Assembly: GCA_964016885.1 (NCBI GenBank)
Contig: OZ024744.1
Location: forward strand, 76,570,001 to 76,634,000
Length of the DNA: 64,000 bases
Direction: 5' to 3'
From: Eledone cirrhosa
Taxonomy: Eukaryota
Made by a program: the position numbers and the translations under genes. The notes beneath the pieces were generated by a model that was given only the letters and a program-made list of their open reading frames with translations, did not search any database and was not told the origin of the DNA. How positions within the stretch are numbered: position 1 is the stretch's first letter; the number at the start of each line of letters is the position of its first letter. Of the stretch, positions 38,146 to 53,100 are shown in pieces.

Positions 38146-41100
38146 CTTACTTCACTTATCCTCTCACCACATCTGCCCAAGACTACCTTACTTCACTTAT
38201 CCTCTCACCACATCTGCCCAAGACTACCTTACTTCACTTATCCTCTCACCACATCTGCCCAAGACTACCTTACTTCACTTATCCTCTCACCACATCTGCC
38301 CAAGTCTTCCTTACTTCACTTAACCTCTCACCACATCTGCCCAAGACTACCTTACTTCACTTATCCTCTCACCACATCTGCCCAAGTCTACCTTACTTCA
38401 CTTATCCTCTCACCACATCTGCCCAAGACTACCTTGCTTTACTTATCCTCTCACCACATCTGCCCAAGTCTTCCTTACTTCACTTATCCTCTCACCACAT
38501 CTGCCCAAGACTACCTTGCTTTACTTATCCTCTCACCACATCTGCCCAAGACTACCTTACTTCACTTATCCTCTCACCACATCTGCCCAAGACTACCTTA
38601 CTTCACTTATCCTCTCACCACATCTGCCCAAGACTACCTTACTTCACTTATCCTCTCACCACATCTGCCCAAGTCTTCCTTACTTCACTTAACCTCTCAC
38701 CACATCTGCCCAAGACTACCTTACTTCACTTATCCTCTCACCACATCTGCCCAAGACTACCTTGCTTTACTTATCCTCTCACCACATCTGCCCAAGTCTT
38801 CCTTACTTCACTTATCCTCTCACCACATCTGCCCAAGACTACCTTGCTTTACTTATCCTCTCACCACATCTGCCCAAGACTACCTTACTTTACTTATCCT
38901 CTCACCACATCTGCCCAAGTCTACCTTACTTCACTTATCCTCTCACCACATCTGCCCAAGACTACCTTGCTTTACTTATCCTCTCACCACATCTGCCCAA
39001 GTCTTCCTTACTTCACTTATCCTCTCACCACATCTGCCCAAGACTACCTTGCTTTACTTATCCTCTCACCACATCTGCCCAAGACTACCTTACTTCACTT
39101 ATCCTCTCACCACATCTGCCCAAGTCTTCCTTACTTCACTTATCCTCTCACCACATCTGCCCAAGACTACCTTGCTTTACTTATCCTCTCACCACATCTG
39201 CCCAAGTCTTCCTTACTTCACTTATCCTCTCACCACATCTGCCCAAGTCTTCCTTACTTCACTTATCCTCTCACCACATCTGCCCAAGTCTTCCTTACTT
39301 CACTTATCCTCTCACCACATCTGCCCAAGACTACCTTACTTCACTTATCCTCTCACCACATCTGCCCAAGTCTTCCTTACTTCACTTATCCTCTCACCAC
39401 ATCTGCCCAAGACTACCTTGCTTTACTTATCCTCTCACCACATCTGCCCAAGTCTTCCTTACTTCACTTATCCTCTCACCACATCTGCCCAAGACTACCT
39501 TGCTTTACTTATCCTCTCACCACATCTGCCCAAGACTACCTTGCTTTACTTATCCTCTCACCACATCTGCCCAAGACTACCTTACTTCACTTATCCTCTC
39601 ACCACATCTGCCCAAGTCTTCCTTACTTCACTTATCCTCTCACCACATCTGCCCAAGACTACCTTACTTCACTTATCCTCTCACCACATCTGCCCAAGTC
39701 TTCCTTACTTCACTTATCCTCTCACCACATCTGCCCAAGACTACCTTGCTTTACTTATCCTCTCACCACATCTGCCCAAGTCTTCCTTACTTCACTTATC
39801 CTCTCACCACATCTGCCCAAGTCTTCCTTACTTCACTTATCCTCTCACCACATCTGCCCAAGTCTTCCTTACTTCACTTATCCTCTCACCACATCTGCCC
39901 AAGACTACCTTACTTCACTTATCCTCTCACCACATCTGCCCAAGACTACCTTACTTCACTTATCCTCTCACCACATCTGCCCAAGACTTCCTCACTTCAC
40001 TTATCCTCTCACCACATCTGCCCAAGACTACCTTGCTTTACTTATCCTCTCACCACATCTGCCCAAGTCTTCCTTACTTCACTTATCCTCTCACCACATC
40101 TGCCCAAGTCTTCCTTACTTCACTTATCCTCTCACCACATCTGCCCAAGACTACCTTGCTTTACTTATCCTCTCACCACATCTGCCCAAGACTACCTTGC
40201 TTTACTTATCCTCTCACCACATCTGCCCAAGTCTTCCTTACTTCACTTATCCTCTCACCACATCTGCCCAAGTCTTCCTTACTTCACTTATCCTCTCACC
40301 ACATCTGCCCAAGTCTTCCTTACTTCACTTATCCTCTCACCACATCTGCCCAAGACTTCCTTACTTCACTTATCCTCTCACCACATCTGCCCAAGACTTC
40401 CTTACTTCACTTATCCTCTCACCACATCTGCCCAAGACTTCCTTACTTCACTTATCCTCTCACCACATCTGCCCAAGACTACCTTGCTTTACTTATCCTC
40501 TCACCACATCTGCCCAAGACTACCTTGCTTCACTTATCCTCTCACCACATCTGCCCAAGACTTCCTTACTTCACTTATCCTCTCACCACATCTGCCCAAG
40601 ACTACCTTGCTTTACTTATCCTCTCACCACATCTGCCCAAGTCTTCCTTACTTCACTTATCCTCTCACCACATCTGCCCAAGTCTTCCTTACTTCACTTA
40701 TCCTCTCACCACATCTGCCCAAGTCTTCCTTACTTCACTTATCCTCTCACCACATCTGCCCAAGTCTTCCTTACTTCACTTATCCTCTCACCACATCTGC
40801 CCAAGACTTCCTTACTTCACTTATCCTCTCACCACATCTGCCCAAGACTACCTTGCTTCACTTATCCTCTCACCACATCTGCCCAAGTCTTCCTTACTTC
40901 ACTTATCCTCTCACCACATCTGCCCAAGACTACCTTGCTTTACTTATCCTCTCACCACATCTGCCCAAGACTACCTTGCTTTACTTATCCTCTCACCACA
41001 TCTGCCCAAGTCTTCCTTACTTCACTTATCCTCTCACCACATCTGCCCAAGTCTTCCTTACTTCACTTATCCTCTCACCACATCTGCCCAAGACTTCCTT

Positions 41101-44100
41101 ACTTCACTTATCCTCTCACCACATCTGCCCAAGACTTCCTTACTTCACTTATCCTCTCATCACATCTGCCCAAAACTACTTTGCTTTACTTATCCTCTCA
41201 CCACATCTGCCCAAGTCTTCCTTACTTCACTTATCCTCTCACCACATCTGCCCAAGACTACCTTGCTTTACTTATCCTATCACCACATCTGCCCAAGACT
41301 ACCTTACTTCACTTATCCTCTCACCACATCTGCCCAAGTCTTCCTTACTTCACTTATCCTCTCACCACATCTGCCCAAGACTACCTTGCTTTACTTATCC
41401 TCTCACCACATCTGCCCAAGACTTCCTTACTTCACTTATCCTCTCACCACATCTGCCCAAGACTACCTTGCTTTACTTATCCTCTCACCACATCTGCCCA
41501 AGTCTTCCTTACTTCACTTATCCTCTCACCACATCTGCCCAAGTCTTCCTTACTTCACTTATCCTCTCACCACATCTGCCCAAGACTACCTTGCTTTACT
41601 TATCCTCTCACCACATCTGCCCAAGACTACCTTGCTTTACTTATCCTCTCACCACATCTGCCCAAGACTTCCTTACTTCACTTATCCTCTCACCACATCT
41701 GCCCAAGACTACCTTGCTTTACTTATCCTCTCACCACATCTGCCCAAGTCTTCCTTACTTCACTTATCCTCTCACCACATCTGCCCAAGTCTTCCTTACT
41801 TCACTTATCCTCTCACCACATCTGCCCAAGACTTCCTTACTTCACTTATCCTCTCACCACATCTGCCCAAGACTACCTTGCTTTACTTATCCTCTCACCA
41901 CATCTGCCCAAGTCTTCCTTACTTCACTTATCCTCTCACCACATCTGCCCAAGACTACCTTGCTTTACTTATCCTCTCACCACATCTGCCCAAGACTACC
42001 TTACTTCACTTATCCTCTCACCACATCTGCCCAAGTCTTCCTTACTTCACTTATCCTCTCACCACATCTGCCCAAGACTACCTTGCTTTACTTATCCTCT
42101 CACCACATCTGCCCAAGTCTTCCTTACTTCACTTATCCTCTCACCACATCTGCCCAAGTCTTCCTTACTTCACTTATCCTCTCACCACATCTGCCCAAGT
42201 CTTCCTTACTTCACTTATCCTCTCACCACATCTGCCCAAGACTACCTTACTTCACTTATCCTCTCACCACATCTGCCCAAGTCTTCCTTACTTCACTTAT
42301 CCTCTCACCACATCTGCCCAAGACTACCTTGCTTTACTTATCCTCTCACCACATCTGCCCAAGACTACCTTACTTCACTTATCCTCTCACCACATCTGCC
42401 CAAGTCTTCCTTACTTCACTTATCCTCTCACCACATCTGCCCAAGACTACCTTGCTTTACTTATCCTCTCACCACATCTGCCCAAGTCTTCCTTACTTCA
42501 CTTATCCTCTCACCACATCTGCCCAAGTCTTCCTTACTTCACTTATCCTCTCACCACATCTGCCCAAGTCTTCCTTACTTCACTTATCCTCTCACCACAT
42601 CTGCCCAAGACTACCTTACTTCACTTATCCTCTCACCACATCTGCCCAAGTCTTCCTTACTTCACTTATCCTCTCACGACATCTGCCCAAGTCTTCCTTA
42701 CTTCACTTATCCTCTCACCACATCTGCCCAAGTCTTCCTTACTTCACTTATCCTCTCACCACATCTGCCCAAGACTTCCTTACTTCACTTATCCTCTCAC
42801 CACATCTGCCCAAGACTACCTTACTTCACTTATCCTCTCACCACATCTGCCCAAGACTACCTTACTTCACTTATCCTCTCACCACATCTGCCCAAGACTT
42901 CCTCACTTCACTTATCCTCTCACCACATCTGCCCAAGACTACCTTGCTTTACTTATCCTCTCACCACATCTGCCCAAGTCTTCCTTACTTCACTTATCCT
43001 CTCACCACATCTGCCCAAGTCTTCCTTACTTCACTTATCCTCTCACCACATCTGCCCAAGACTACCTTGCTTTACTTATCCTCTCACCACATCTGCCCAA
43101 GACTACCTTGCTTTACTTATCCTCTCACCACATCTGCCCAAGTCTTCCTTACTTCACTTATCCTCTCACCACATCTGCCCAAGTCTTCCTTACTTCACTT
43201 ATCCTCTCACCACATCTGCCCAAGTCTTCCTTACTTCACTTATCCTCTCACCACATCTGCCCAAGACTTCCTTACTTCACTTATCCTCTCACCACATCTG
43301 CCCAAGACTTCCTTACTTCACTTATCCTCTCACCACATCTGCCCAAGACTTCCTTACTTCACTTATCCTCTCACCACATCTGCCCAAGACTACCTTGCTT
43401 TACTTATCCTCTCACCACATCTGCCCAAGACTACCTTGCTTCACTTATCCTCTCACCACATCTGCCCAAGACTTCCTTACTTCACTTATCCTCTCACCAC
43501 ATCTGCCCAAGACTACCTTGCTTTACTTATCCTCTCACCACATCTGCCCAAGTCTTCCTTACTTCACTTATCCTCTCACCACATCTGCCCAAGTCTTCCT
43601 TACTTCACTTATCCTCTCACCACATCTGCCCAAGTCTTCCTTACTTCACTTATCCTCTCACCACATCTGCCCAAGTCTTCCTTACTTCACTTATCCTCTC
43701 ACCACATCTGCCCAAGACTTCCTTACTTCACTTATCCTCTCACCACATCTGCCCAAGACTACCTTGCTTCACTTATCCTCTCACCACATCTGCCCAAGTC
43801 TTCCTTACTTCACTTATCCTCTCACCACATCTGCCCAAGACTACCTTGCTTTACTTATCCTCTCACCACATCTGCCCAAGACTACCTTGCTTTACTTATC
43901 CTCTCACCACATCTGCCCAAGTCTTCCTTACTTCACTTATCCTCTCACCACATCTGCCCAAGTCTTCCTTACTTCACTTATCCTCTCACCACATCTGCCC
44001 AAGACTTCCTTACTTCACTTATCCTCTCACCACATCTGCCCAAGACTTCCTTACTTCACTTATCCTCTCATCACATCTGCCCAAAACTACTTTGCTTTAC

Positions 44101-47100
44101 TTATCCTCTCACCACATCTGCCCAAGTCTTCCTTACTTCACTTATCCTCTCACCACATCTGCCCAAGACTACCTTGCTTTACTTATCCTATCACCACATC
44201 TGCCCAAGACTACCTTACTTCACTTATCCTCTCACCACATCTGCCCAAGTCTTCCTTACTTCACTTATCCTCTCACCACATCTGCCCAAGACTACCTTGC
44301 TTTACTTATCCTCTCACCACATCTGCCCAAGACTTCCTTACTTCACTTATCCTCTCACCACATCTGCCCAAGACTACCTTGCTTTACTTATCCTCTCACC
44401 ACATCTGCCCAAGTCTTCCTTACTTCACTTATCCTCTCACCACATCTGCCCAAGTCTTCCTTACTTCACTTATCCTCTCACCACATCTGCCCAAGACTAC
44501 CTTGCTTTACTTATCCTCTCACCACATCTGCCCAAGACTACCTTGCTTTACTTATCCTCTCACCACATCTGCCCAAGACTTCCTTACTTCACTTATCCTC
44601 TCACCACATCTGCCCAAGACTACCTTGCTTTACTTATCCTCTCACCACATCTGCCCAAGTCTTCCTTACTTCACTTATCCTCTCACCACATCTGCCCAAG
44701 TCTTCCTTACTTCACTTATCCTCTCACCACATCTGCCCAAGACTACCTTGCTTTACTTATCCTCTCACCACATCTGCCCAAGACTTCCTTACTTCACTTA
44801 TCCTCTCACCACATCTGCCCAAGACTACCTTGCTTTACTTATCCTCTCACCACATCTGCCCAAGTCTTCCTTACTTCACTTATCCTCTCACCACATCTGC
44901 CCAAGTCTTCCTTACTTCACTTATCCTCTCACCACATCTGCCCAAGTCTTCCTTACTTCACTTATCCTCTCACCACATCTGCCCAAGACTACCTTACTTC
45001 ACTTATCCTCTCACCACATCTGCCCAAGACTACCTTGCTTTACTTATCCTCTCACCACATCTGCCCAAGACTACCTTGCTTTACTTATCCTCTCACCACA
45101 TCTGCCCAAGACTTCCTTACTTCACTTATCCTCTCACCACATCTGCCCAAGTCTTCCTTGCTTTACTTATCCTCTCACCACATCTGCCCAAGACTTCCTT
45201 ACTTCACTTATCCTCTCACCACATCTGCCCAAGACTACCTTGCTTTACTTATCCTCTCACCACATCTGCCCAAGTCTTCCTTACTTCACTTATCCTCTCA
45301 CCACATCTGCCCAAGTCTACCTTGCTTTACTTATCCTCTCACCACATCTGCCCAAGTCTTCCTTACTTCACTTATCCTCTCACCACATCTGCCCAAGACT
45401 TCCTTACTTCACTTATCCTCTCACCACATCTGCCCAAGACTACCTTACTTCACTTATCCTCTCACCACATCTGCCCAAGACTTCCTTACTTCACTTATCC
45501 TCTCACCACATCTGCCCAAGACTTCCTTACTTCACTTATCCTCTCACCACATCTGCCCAAGACTTCCTTACTTCACTTATCCTCTCACCACATCTGCCCA
45601 AGACTTCCTTACTTCACTTATCCTCTCACCACATCTGCCCAAGACTACCTTGCTTTACTTATCCTCTCACCACATCTGCCCAAGACTACCTTGCTTTACT
45701 TATCCTCTCACCACATCTGCCCAAGTCTTCCTTACTTCACTTATCCTCTCACCACATCTGCCCAAGACTTCCTTACTTCACTTATCCTCTCACCACATCT
45801 GCCCAAGACTACCTTACTTCACTTATCCTCTCACCACATCTGCCCAAGACTACCTTGCTTTACTTATCCTCTCACCACATCTGCCCAAGACTACCTTGCT
45901 TTACTTATCCTCTCACCACATCTGCCCAAGTCTTCCTTACTTCACTTATCCTCTCACCACATCTGCCCAAGACTACCTTGCTTTACTTATCCTCTCACCA
46001 CATCTGCCCAAGACTACCTTGCTTTACTTATCCTCTCACCACATCTGCCCAAGTCTTCCTTACTTCACTTATCCTCTCACCACATCTGCCCAAGTCTTCC
46101 TTACTTCACTTATCCTCTCACCACATCTACCCAAGTCTTCCTTACTTCACTTATCCTCTCACCACATCTGCCCAAGACTTCCTTACTTCACTTATCCTCT
46201 CACCACATCTGCCCAAGACTACCTTGCTTTACTTATCCTCTCACCACATCTGCCCAAGACTTCCTTACTTCACTTATCCTCTCACCACATCTACCCAAGT
46301 CTTCCTTACTTCACTTATCCTCTCACCACATCTGCCCAAGACTTCCTTACTTCACTTATCCTCTCACCACATCTGCCCAAGACTACCTTACTTCACTTAT
46401 CCTCTCACCACATCTGCCCAAGTCTTCCTTACTTCACTTATCCTCTCACCACATCTACCCAAGTCTTCCTTACTTCACTTATCCTCTCACCACATCTGCC
46501 CAAGACTTCCTTACTTCACTTATCCTCTCACCACATCTGCCCAAGACTACCTTGCTTTACTTATCCTCTCACCACATCTGCCCAAGACTTCCTTACTTCA
46601 CTTATCCTCTCACCACATCTGCCCAAGACTTCCTTACTTCACTTATCCTCTCACCACATCTGCCCAAGACTACCTTGCTTTACTTATCCTCTCACCACAT
46701 CTGCCCAAGACTACCTTGCTTTACTTATCCTCTCACCACATCTGCCCAAGTCTTCCTTACTTCACTTATCCTCTCACCACATCTGCCCAAGACTTCCTTA
46801 CTTCACTTATCCTCTCACCACATCTGCCCAAGACTTCCTTACTTCACTTATCCTCTCACCACATCTGCCCAAGACTACCTTACTTCACTTATCCTCTCAC
46901 CACATCTGCCCAAGTCTTCCTTACTTCACTTATCCTCTCACCACATCTGCCCAAGACTACCTTGCTTCACTTATCCTCTCACCACATCTGCCCAAGACTA
47001 CCTTGCTTTACTTATCCTCTCACCACATCTGCCCAAGACTACCTTGCTTTACTTATCCTCTCACCACATCTGCCCAAGTCTTCCTTACTTCACTTATCCT

Positions 47101-50100
47101 CTCACCACATCTGCCCAAGACTACCTTACTTCACTTATCCTCTCACCACATCTGCCCAAGTCTTCCTTACTTCACTTATCCTCTCACCACATCTGCCCAA
47201 GACTACCTTGCTTTACTTATCCTCTCACCACATCTGCCCAAGTCTTCCTTACTTCACTTATCCTCTCACCACATCTGCCCAAGACTACCTTGCTTTACTT
47301 ATCCTCTCACCACATCTGCCCAAGACTTCCTTACTTTACTTATCCTCTCACCACATCTGCCCAAGTCTTCCTTACTTCACTTATCCTCTCACCACATCTG
47401 CCCAAGACTACCTTGCTTTACTTATCCTCTCACCACATCTGCCCAAGACTACCTTGCTTTACTTATCCTCTCACCACATCTGCCCAAGACTACCTTGCTT
47501 TACTTATCCTCTCACCACATCTGCCCAAGACTACCTTGCTTTACTTATCCTCTCACCACATCTGCCCAAGTCTTCCTTACTTCACTTATCCTCTCACCAC
47601 ATCTGCCCAAGACTACCTTACTTCACTTATCCTCTCACCACATCTGCCCAAGACTACCTTGCTTTACTTATCCTCTCACCACATCTGCCCAAGTCTTCCT
47701 TACTTCACTTATCCTCTCACCACATCTGCCCAAGACTTCCTTACTTCACTTATCCTCTCACCACATCTGCCCAAGACTACCTTACTTCACTTATCCTCTC
47801 ACCACATCTGCCCAAGACTACCTTGCTTTACTTATCCTCTCACCACATCTGCCCAAGACTACCTTACTTCACTTATCCTCTCACCACATCTGCCCAAGAC
47901 TACCTTGCTTTACTTATCCTCTCACCACATCTGCCCAAGTCTTCCTTACTTCACTTATCCTCTCACCACATCTGCCCAAGACTACCTTACTTCACTTATC
48001 CTCTCACCACATCTGCCCAAGTCTTCCTTACTTCACTTATCCTCTCACCACATCTGCCCAAGTCTTCCTTACTTCACTTATCCTCTCACCACATCTGCCC
48101 AAGTCTTCCTTACTTCACTTATCCTCTCACCACATCTGCCCAAGTCTTCCTTACTTCACTTATCCTCTCACCACATCTGCCCAAGACTACCTTACTTTAC
48201 TTATCCTCTCACCACATCTGCCCAAGACTTCCTTACTTCACTTATCCTCTCACCACATCTGCCCAAGACTTCCTTACTTCACTTATCCTCTCACCACATC
48301 TGCCCAAGACTTCCTTACTTCACTTATCCTCTCACCACATCTGCCCAAGACTTCCTTACTTCACTTATCCTCTCACCACATCTGCCCAAGACTACCTTGC
48401 TTTACTTATCCTCTCACCACATCTGCCCAAGACTTCCTTACTTCACTTATCCTCTCACCACATCTGCCCAAGACTTCCTTACTTCACTTATCCTCTCACC
48501 ACATCTGCCCAAGACTACCTTGCTTTACTTATCCTCTCACCACATCTGCCCAAGACTTCCTTACTTCACTTATCCTCTCACCACATCTGCCCAAGACTTC
48601 CTTACTTCACTTATCCTCTCACCACATCTGCCCAAGACTACCTTACTTCACTTATCCTCTCACCACATCTGCCCAAGACTTCCTTACTTCACTTATCCTC
48701 TCACCACATCTGCCCAAGACTTCCTTACTTCACTTATCCTCTCACCACATCTGCCCAAGTCTTCCTTACTTCACTTATCCTCTCACCACATCTGCCCAAG
48801 ACTACCTTACTTTACTTATCCTCTCACCACATCTGCCCAAGACTACCTTGCTTTACTTATCCTCTCACCACATCTGCCCAAGTCTTCCTTACTTCACTTA
48901 TCCTCTCACCACATCTGCCCAAGTCTTCCTTACTTCACTTATCCTCTCACCACATCTGCCCAAGACTACCTTGCTTTACTTATCCTCTCACCACATCTGC
49001 CCAAGTCTTCCTTACTTTACTTATCCTCTCACCACATCTGCCCAAGACTACCTTACTTCACTTATCCTCTCACCACATCTGCCCAAGTCTTCCTTACTTC
49101 ACTTATCCTCTCACCACATCTGCCCAAGACTACCTTACTTCACTTATCCTCTCACCACATCTGCCCAAGACTACCTTGCTTTACTTATCCTCTCACCACA
49201 TCTGCCCAAGACTTCCTTACTTCACTTATCCTCTCACCACATCTGCCCAAGACTTCCTTACTTCACTTATCCTCTCACCACATCTGCCCAAGACTTCCTT
49301 ACTTCACTTATCCTCTCACCACATCTGCCCAAGACTTCCTTACTTCACTTATCCTCTCACCACATCTGCCCAAGACTTCCTTACTTCACTTATCCTCTCA
49401 CCACATCTGCCCAAGACTACCTTGCTTTACTTATCCTCTCACCACATCTGCCCAAGACTACCTTACTTCACTTATCCTCTCACCACATCTGCCCAAGTCT
49501 TCCTTACTTCACTTATCCTCTCACCACATCTGCCCAAGACTACCTTGCTTTACTTATCCTCTCACCACATCTGCCCAAGACTACCTTGCTTTACTTATCC
49601 TCTCACCACATCTGCCCAAGTCTTCCTTACTTCACTTATCCTCTCACCACATCTGCCCAAGACTTCCTTACTTCACTTATCCTCTCACCACATCTGCCCA
49701 AGACTACCTTGCTTTACTTATCCTCTCACCACATCTGCCCAAGACTTCCTTACTTTACTTATCCTCTCACCACATCTGCCCAAGTCTTCCTTACTTCACT
49801 TATCCTCTCACCACATCTGCCCAAGACTACCTTGCTTTACTTATCCTCTCACCACATCTGCCCAAGACTACCTTGCTTTACTTATCCTCTCACCACATCT
49901 GCCCAAGTCTTCCTTACTTCACTTATCCTCTCACCACATCTGCCCAAGACTACCTTGCTTTACTTATCCTCTCACCACATCTGCCCAAGACTACCTTGCT
50001 TTACTTATCCTCTCACCACATCTGCCCAAGTCTTCCTTACTTCACTTATCCTCTCACCACATCTGCCCAAGTCTTCCTTACTTTACTTATCCTCTCACCA

Positions 50101-53100
50101 CATCTGCCCAAGACTACCTTGCTTTACTTATCCTCTCACCACATCTGCCCAAGTCTTCCTTACTTCACTTATCCTCTCACCACATCTGCCCAAGACTACC
50201 TTGCTTTACTTATCCTCTCACCACATCTGCCCAAGACTACCTTGCTTTACTTATCCTCTCACCACATCTGCCCAAGTCTTCCTTACTTCACTTATCCTCT
50301 CACCACATCTGCCCAAGTCTTCCTTACTTCACTTATCCTCTCACCACATCTGCCCAAGACTTCCTTACTTCACTTATCCTCTCACCACATCTGCCCAAGA
50401 CTACCTTACTTCACTTATCCTCTCACCACATCTGCCCAAGACTACCTTACTTCACTTATCCTCTCACCACATCTGCCCAAGTCTTCCTTACTTTACTTAT
50501 CCTCTCACCACATCTGCCCAAGACTTCCTTACTTTACTTATCCTCTCACCACATCTGCCCAAGTCTTCCTTACTTCACTTATCCTCTCACCACATCTGCC
50601 CAAGACTACCTTGCTTTACTTATCCTCTCACCACATCTGCCCAAGACTACCTTGCTTTACTTATCCTCTCACCACATCTGCCCAAGTCTTCCTTACTTTA
50701 CTTATCCTCTCACCACATCTGCCCAAGTCTTCCTTACTTCACTTATCCTCTCACCACATCTGCCCAAGACTTCCTTACTTCACTTATCCTCTCACCACAT
50801 CTGCCCAAGACTACCTTACTTTACTTATCCTCTCACCACATCTGCCCAAGACTTCCTTACTTCACTTATCCTCTCACCACATCTGCCCAAGTCTTCCTTA
50901 CTTCACTTATCCTCTCACCACATCTGCCCAAGACTACCTTGCTTTACTTATCCTCTCACCACATCTGCCCAAGACTACCTTGCTTTACTTATCCTCTCAC
51001 CACATCTGCCCAAGTCTTCCTTACTTCACTTATCCTCTCACCACATCTGCCCAAGACTACCTTACTTCACTTATCCTCTCACCACATCTGCCCAAGTCTT
51101 CCTTACTTCACTTATCCTCTCACCACATCTGCCCAAGACTACCTTGCTTTACTTATCCTCTCACCACATCTGCCCAAGACTACCTTGCTTTACTTATCCT
51201 CTCACCACATCTGCCCAAGTCTTCCTTACTTCACTTATCCTCTCACCACATCTGCCCAAGACTACCTTGCTTTACTTATCCTCTCACCACATCTGCCCAA
51301 GACTTCCTTACTTTACTTATCCTCTCACCACATCTGCCCAAGTCTTCCTTACTTCACTTATCCTCTCACCACATCTGCCCAAGACTACCTTGCTTTACTT
51401 ATCCTCTCACCACATCTGCCCAAGACTACCTTGCTTTACTTATCCTCTCACCACATCTGCCCAAGTCTTCCTTACTTCACTTAACCTCTCACCACATCTG
51501 CCCAAGACTACCTTACTTCACTTATCCTCTCACCACATCTGCCCAAGTCTTCCTTACTTCACTTATCCTCTCACCACATCTGCCCAAGACTACCTCACTT
51601 CACTTATCCTCTCACCACATCTGCCCAAGTCTTCCTTACTTCACTTATCCTCTCACCACATCTGCCCAAGACTACCTTGCTTTACTTATCCTCTCACCAC
51701 ATCTGCCCAAGACTACCTTACTTCACTTATCCTCTCACCACATCTGCCCAAGTCTTCCTTACTTCACTTATCCTCTCACCACATCTGCCCAAGACTACCT
51801 CACTTCACTTATCCTCTCACCACATCTGCCCAAGACTACCTTGCTTTACTTATCCTCTCACCACATCTGCCCAAGACTACCTTGCTTTACTTATCCTCTC
51901 ACCACATCTGCCCAAGACTACCTCACTTCACTTATCCTCTCACCACATCTGCCCAAGTCTTCCTTACTTCACTTATCCTCTCACCACATCTGCCCAAGTC
52001 TTCCTTACTTCACTTATCCTCTCACCACATCTGCCCAAGACTACCTTGCTTTACTTATCCTCTCACCACATCTGCCCAAGACTACCTTGCTTTACTTATC
52101 CTCTCACCACATCTGCCCAAGTCTTCCTTACTTCACTTATCCTCTCACCACATCTGCCCAAGACTACCTTGCTTTACTTATCCTCTCACCACATCTGCCC
52201 AAGACTACCTTGCTTTACTTATCCTCTCACCACATCTGCCCAAGTCTTCCTTACTTCACTTAACCTCTCACCACATCTGCCCAAGACTACCTTACTTCAC
52301 TTATCCTCTCACCACATCTGCCCAAGACTACCTTGCTTTACTTATCCTCTCACCACATCTGCCCAAGACTACCTTACTTCACTTATCCTCTCACCACATC
52401 TGCCCAAGTCTTCCTTACTTCACTTATCCTCTCACCACATCTGCCCAAGACTACCTTACTTCACTTATCCTCTCACCACATCTGCCCAAGACTACCTTAC
52501 TTCACTTATCCTCTCACCACATCTGCCCAAGACTACCTTGCTTTACTTATCCTCTCACCACATCTGCCCAAGACTACCTTGCTTTACTTATCCTCTCACC
52601 ACATCTGCCCAAGACTACCTTGCTTTACTTATCCTCTCACCACATCTGCCCAAGACTACCTTGCTTTACTTATCCTCTCACCACATCTGCCCAAGTCTTC
52701 CTTACTTCACTTATCCTCTCACCACATCTGCCCAAGACTACCTTACTTCACTTATCCTCTCACCACATCTGCCCAAGACTACCTTGCTTTACTTATCCTC
52801 TCACCACATCTGCCCAAGTCTTCCTTACTTCACTTATCCTCTCACCACATCTGCCCAAGACTTCCTTACTTCACTTATCCTCTCACCACATCTGCCCAAG
52901 ACTACCTTACTTCACTTATCCTCTCACCACATCTGCCCAAGACTACCTTGCTTTACTTATCCTCTCACCACATCTGCCCAAGACTACCTTACTTCACTTA
53001 TCCTCTCACCACATCTGCCCAAGACTACCTTGCTTTACTTATCCTCTCACCACATCTGCCCAAGTCTTCCTTACTTCACTTATCCTCTCACCACATCTGC

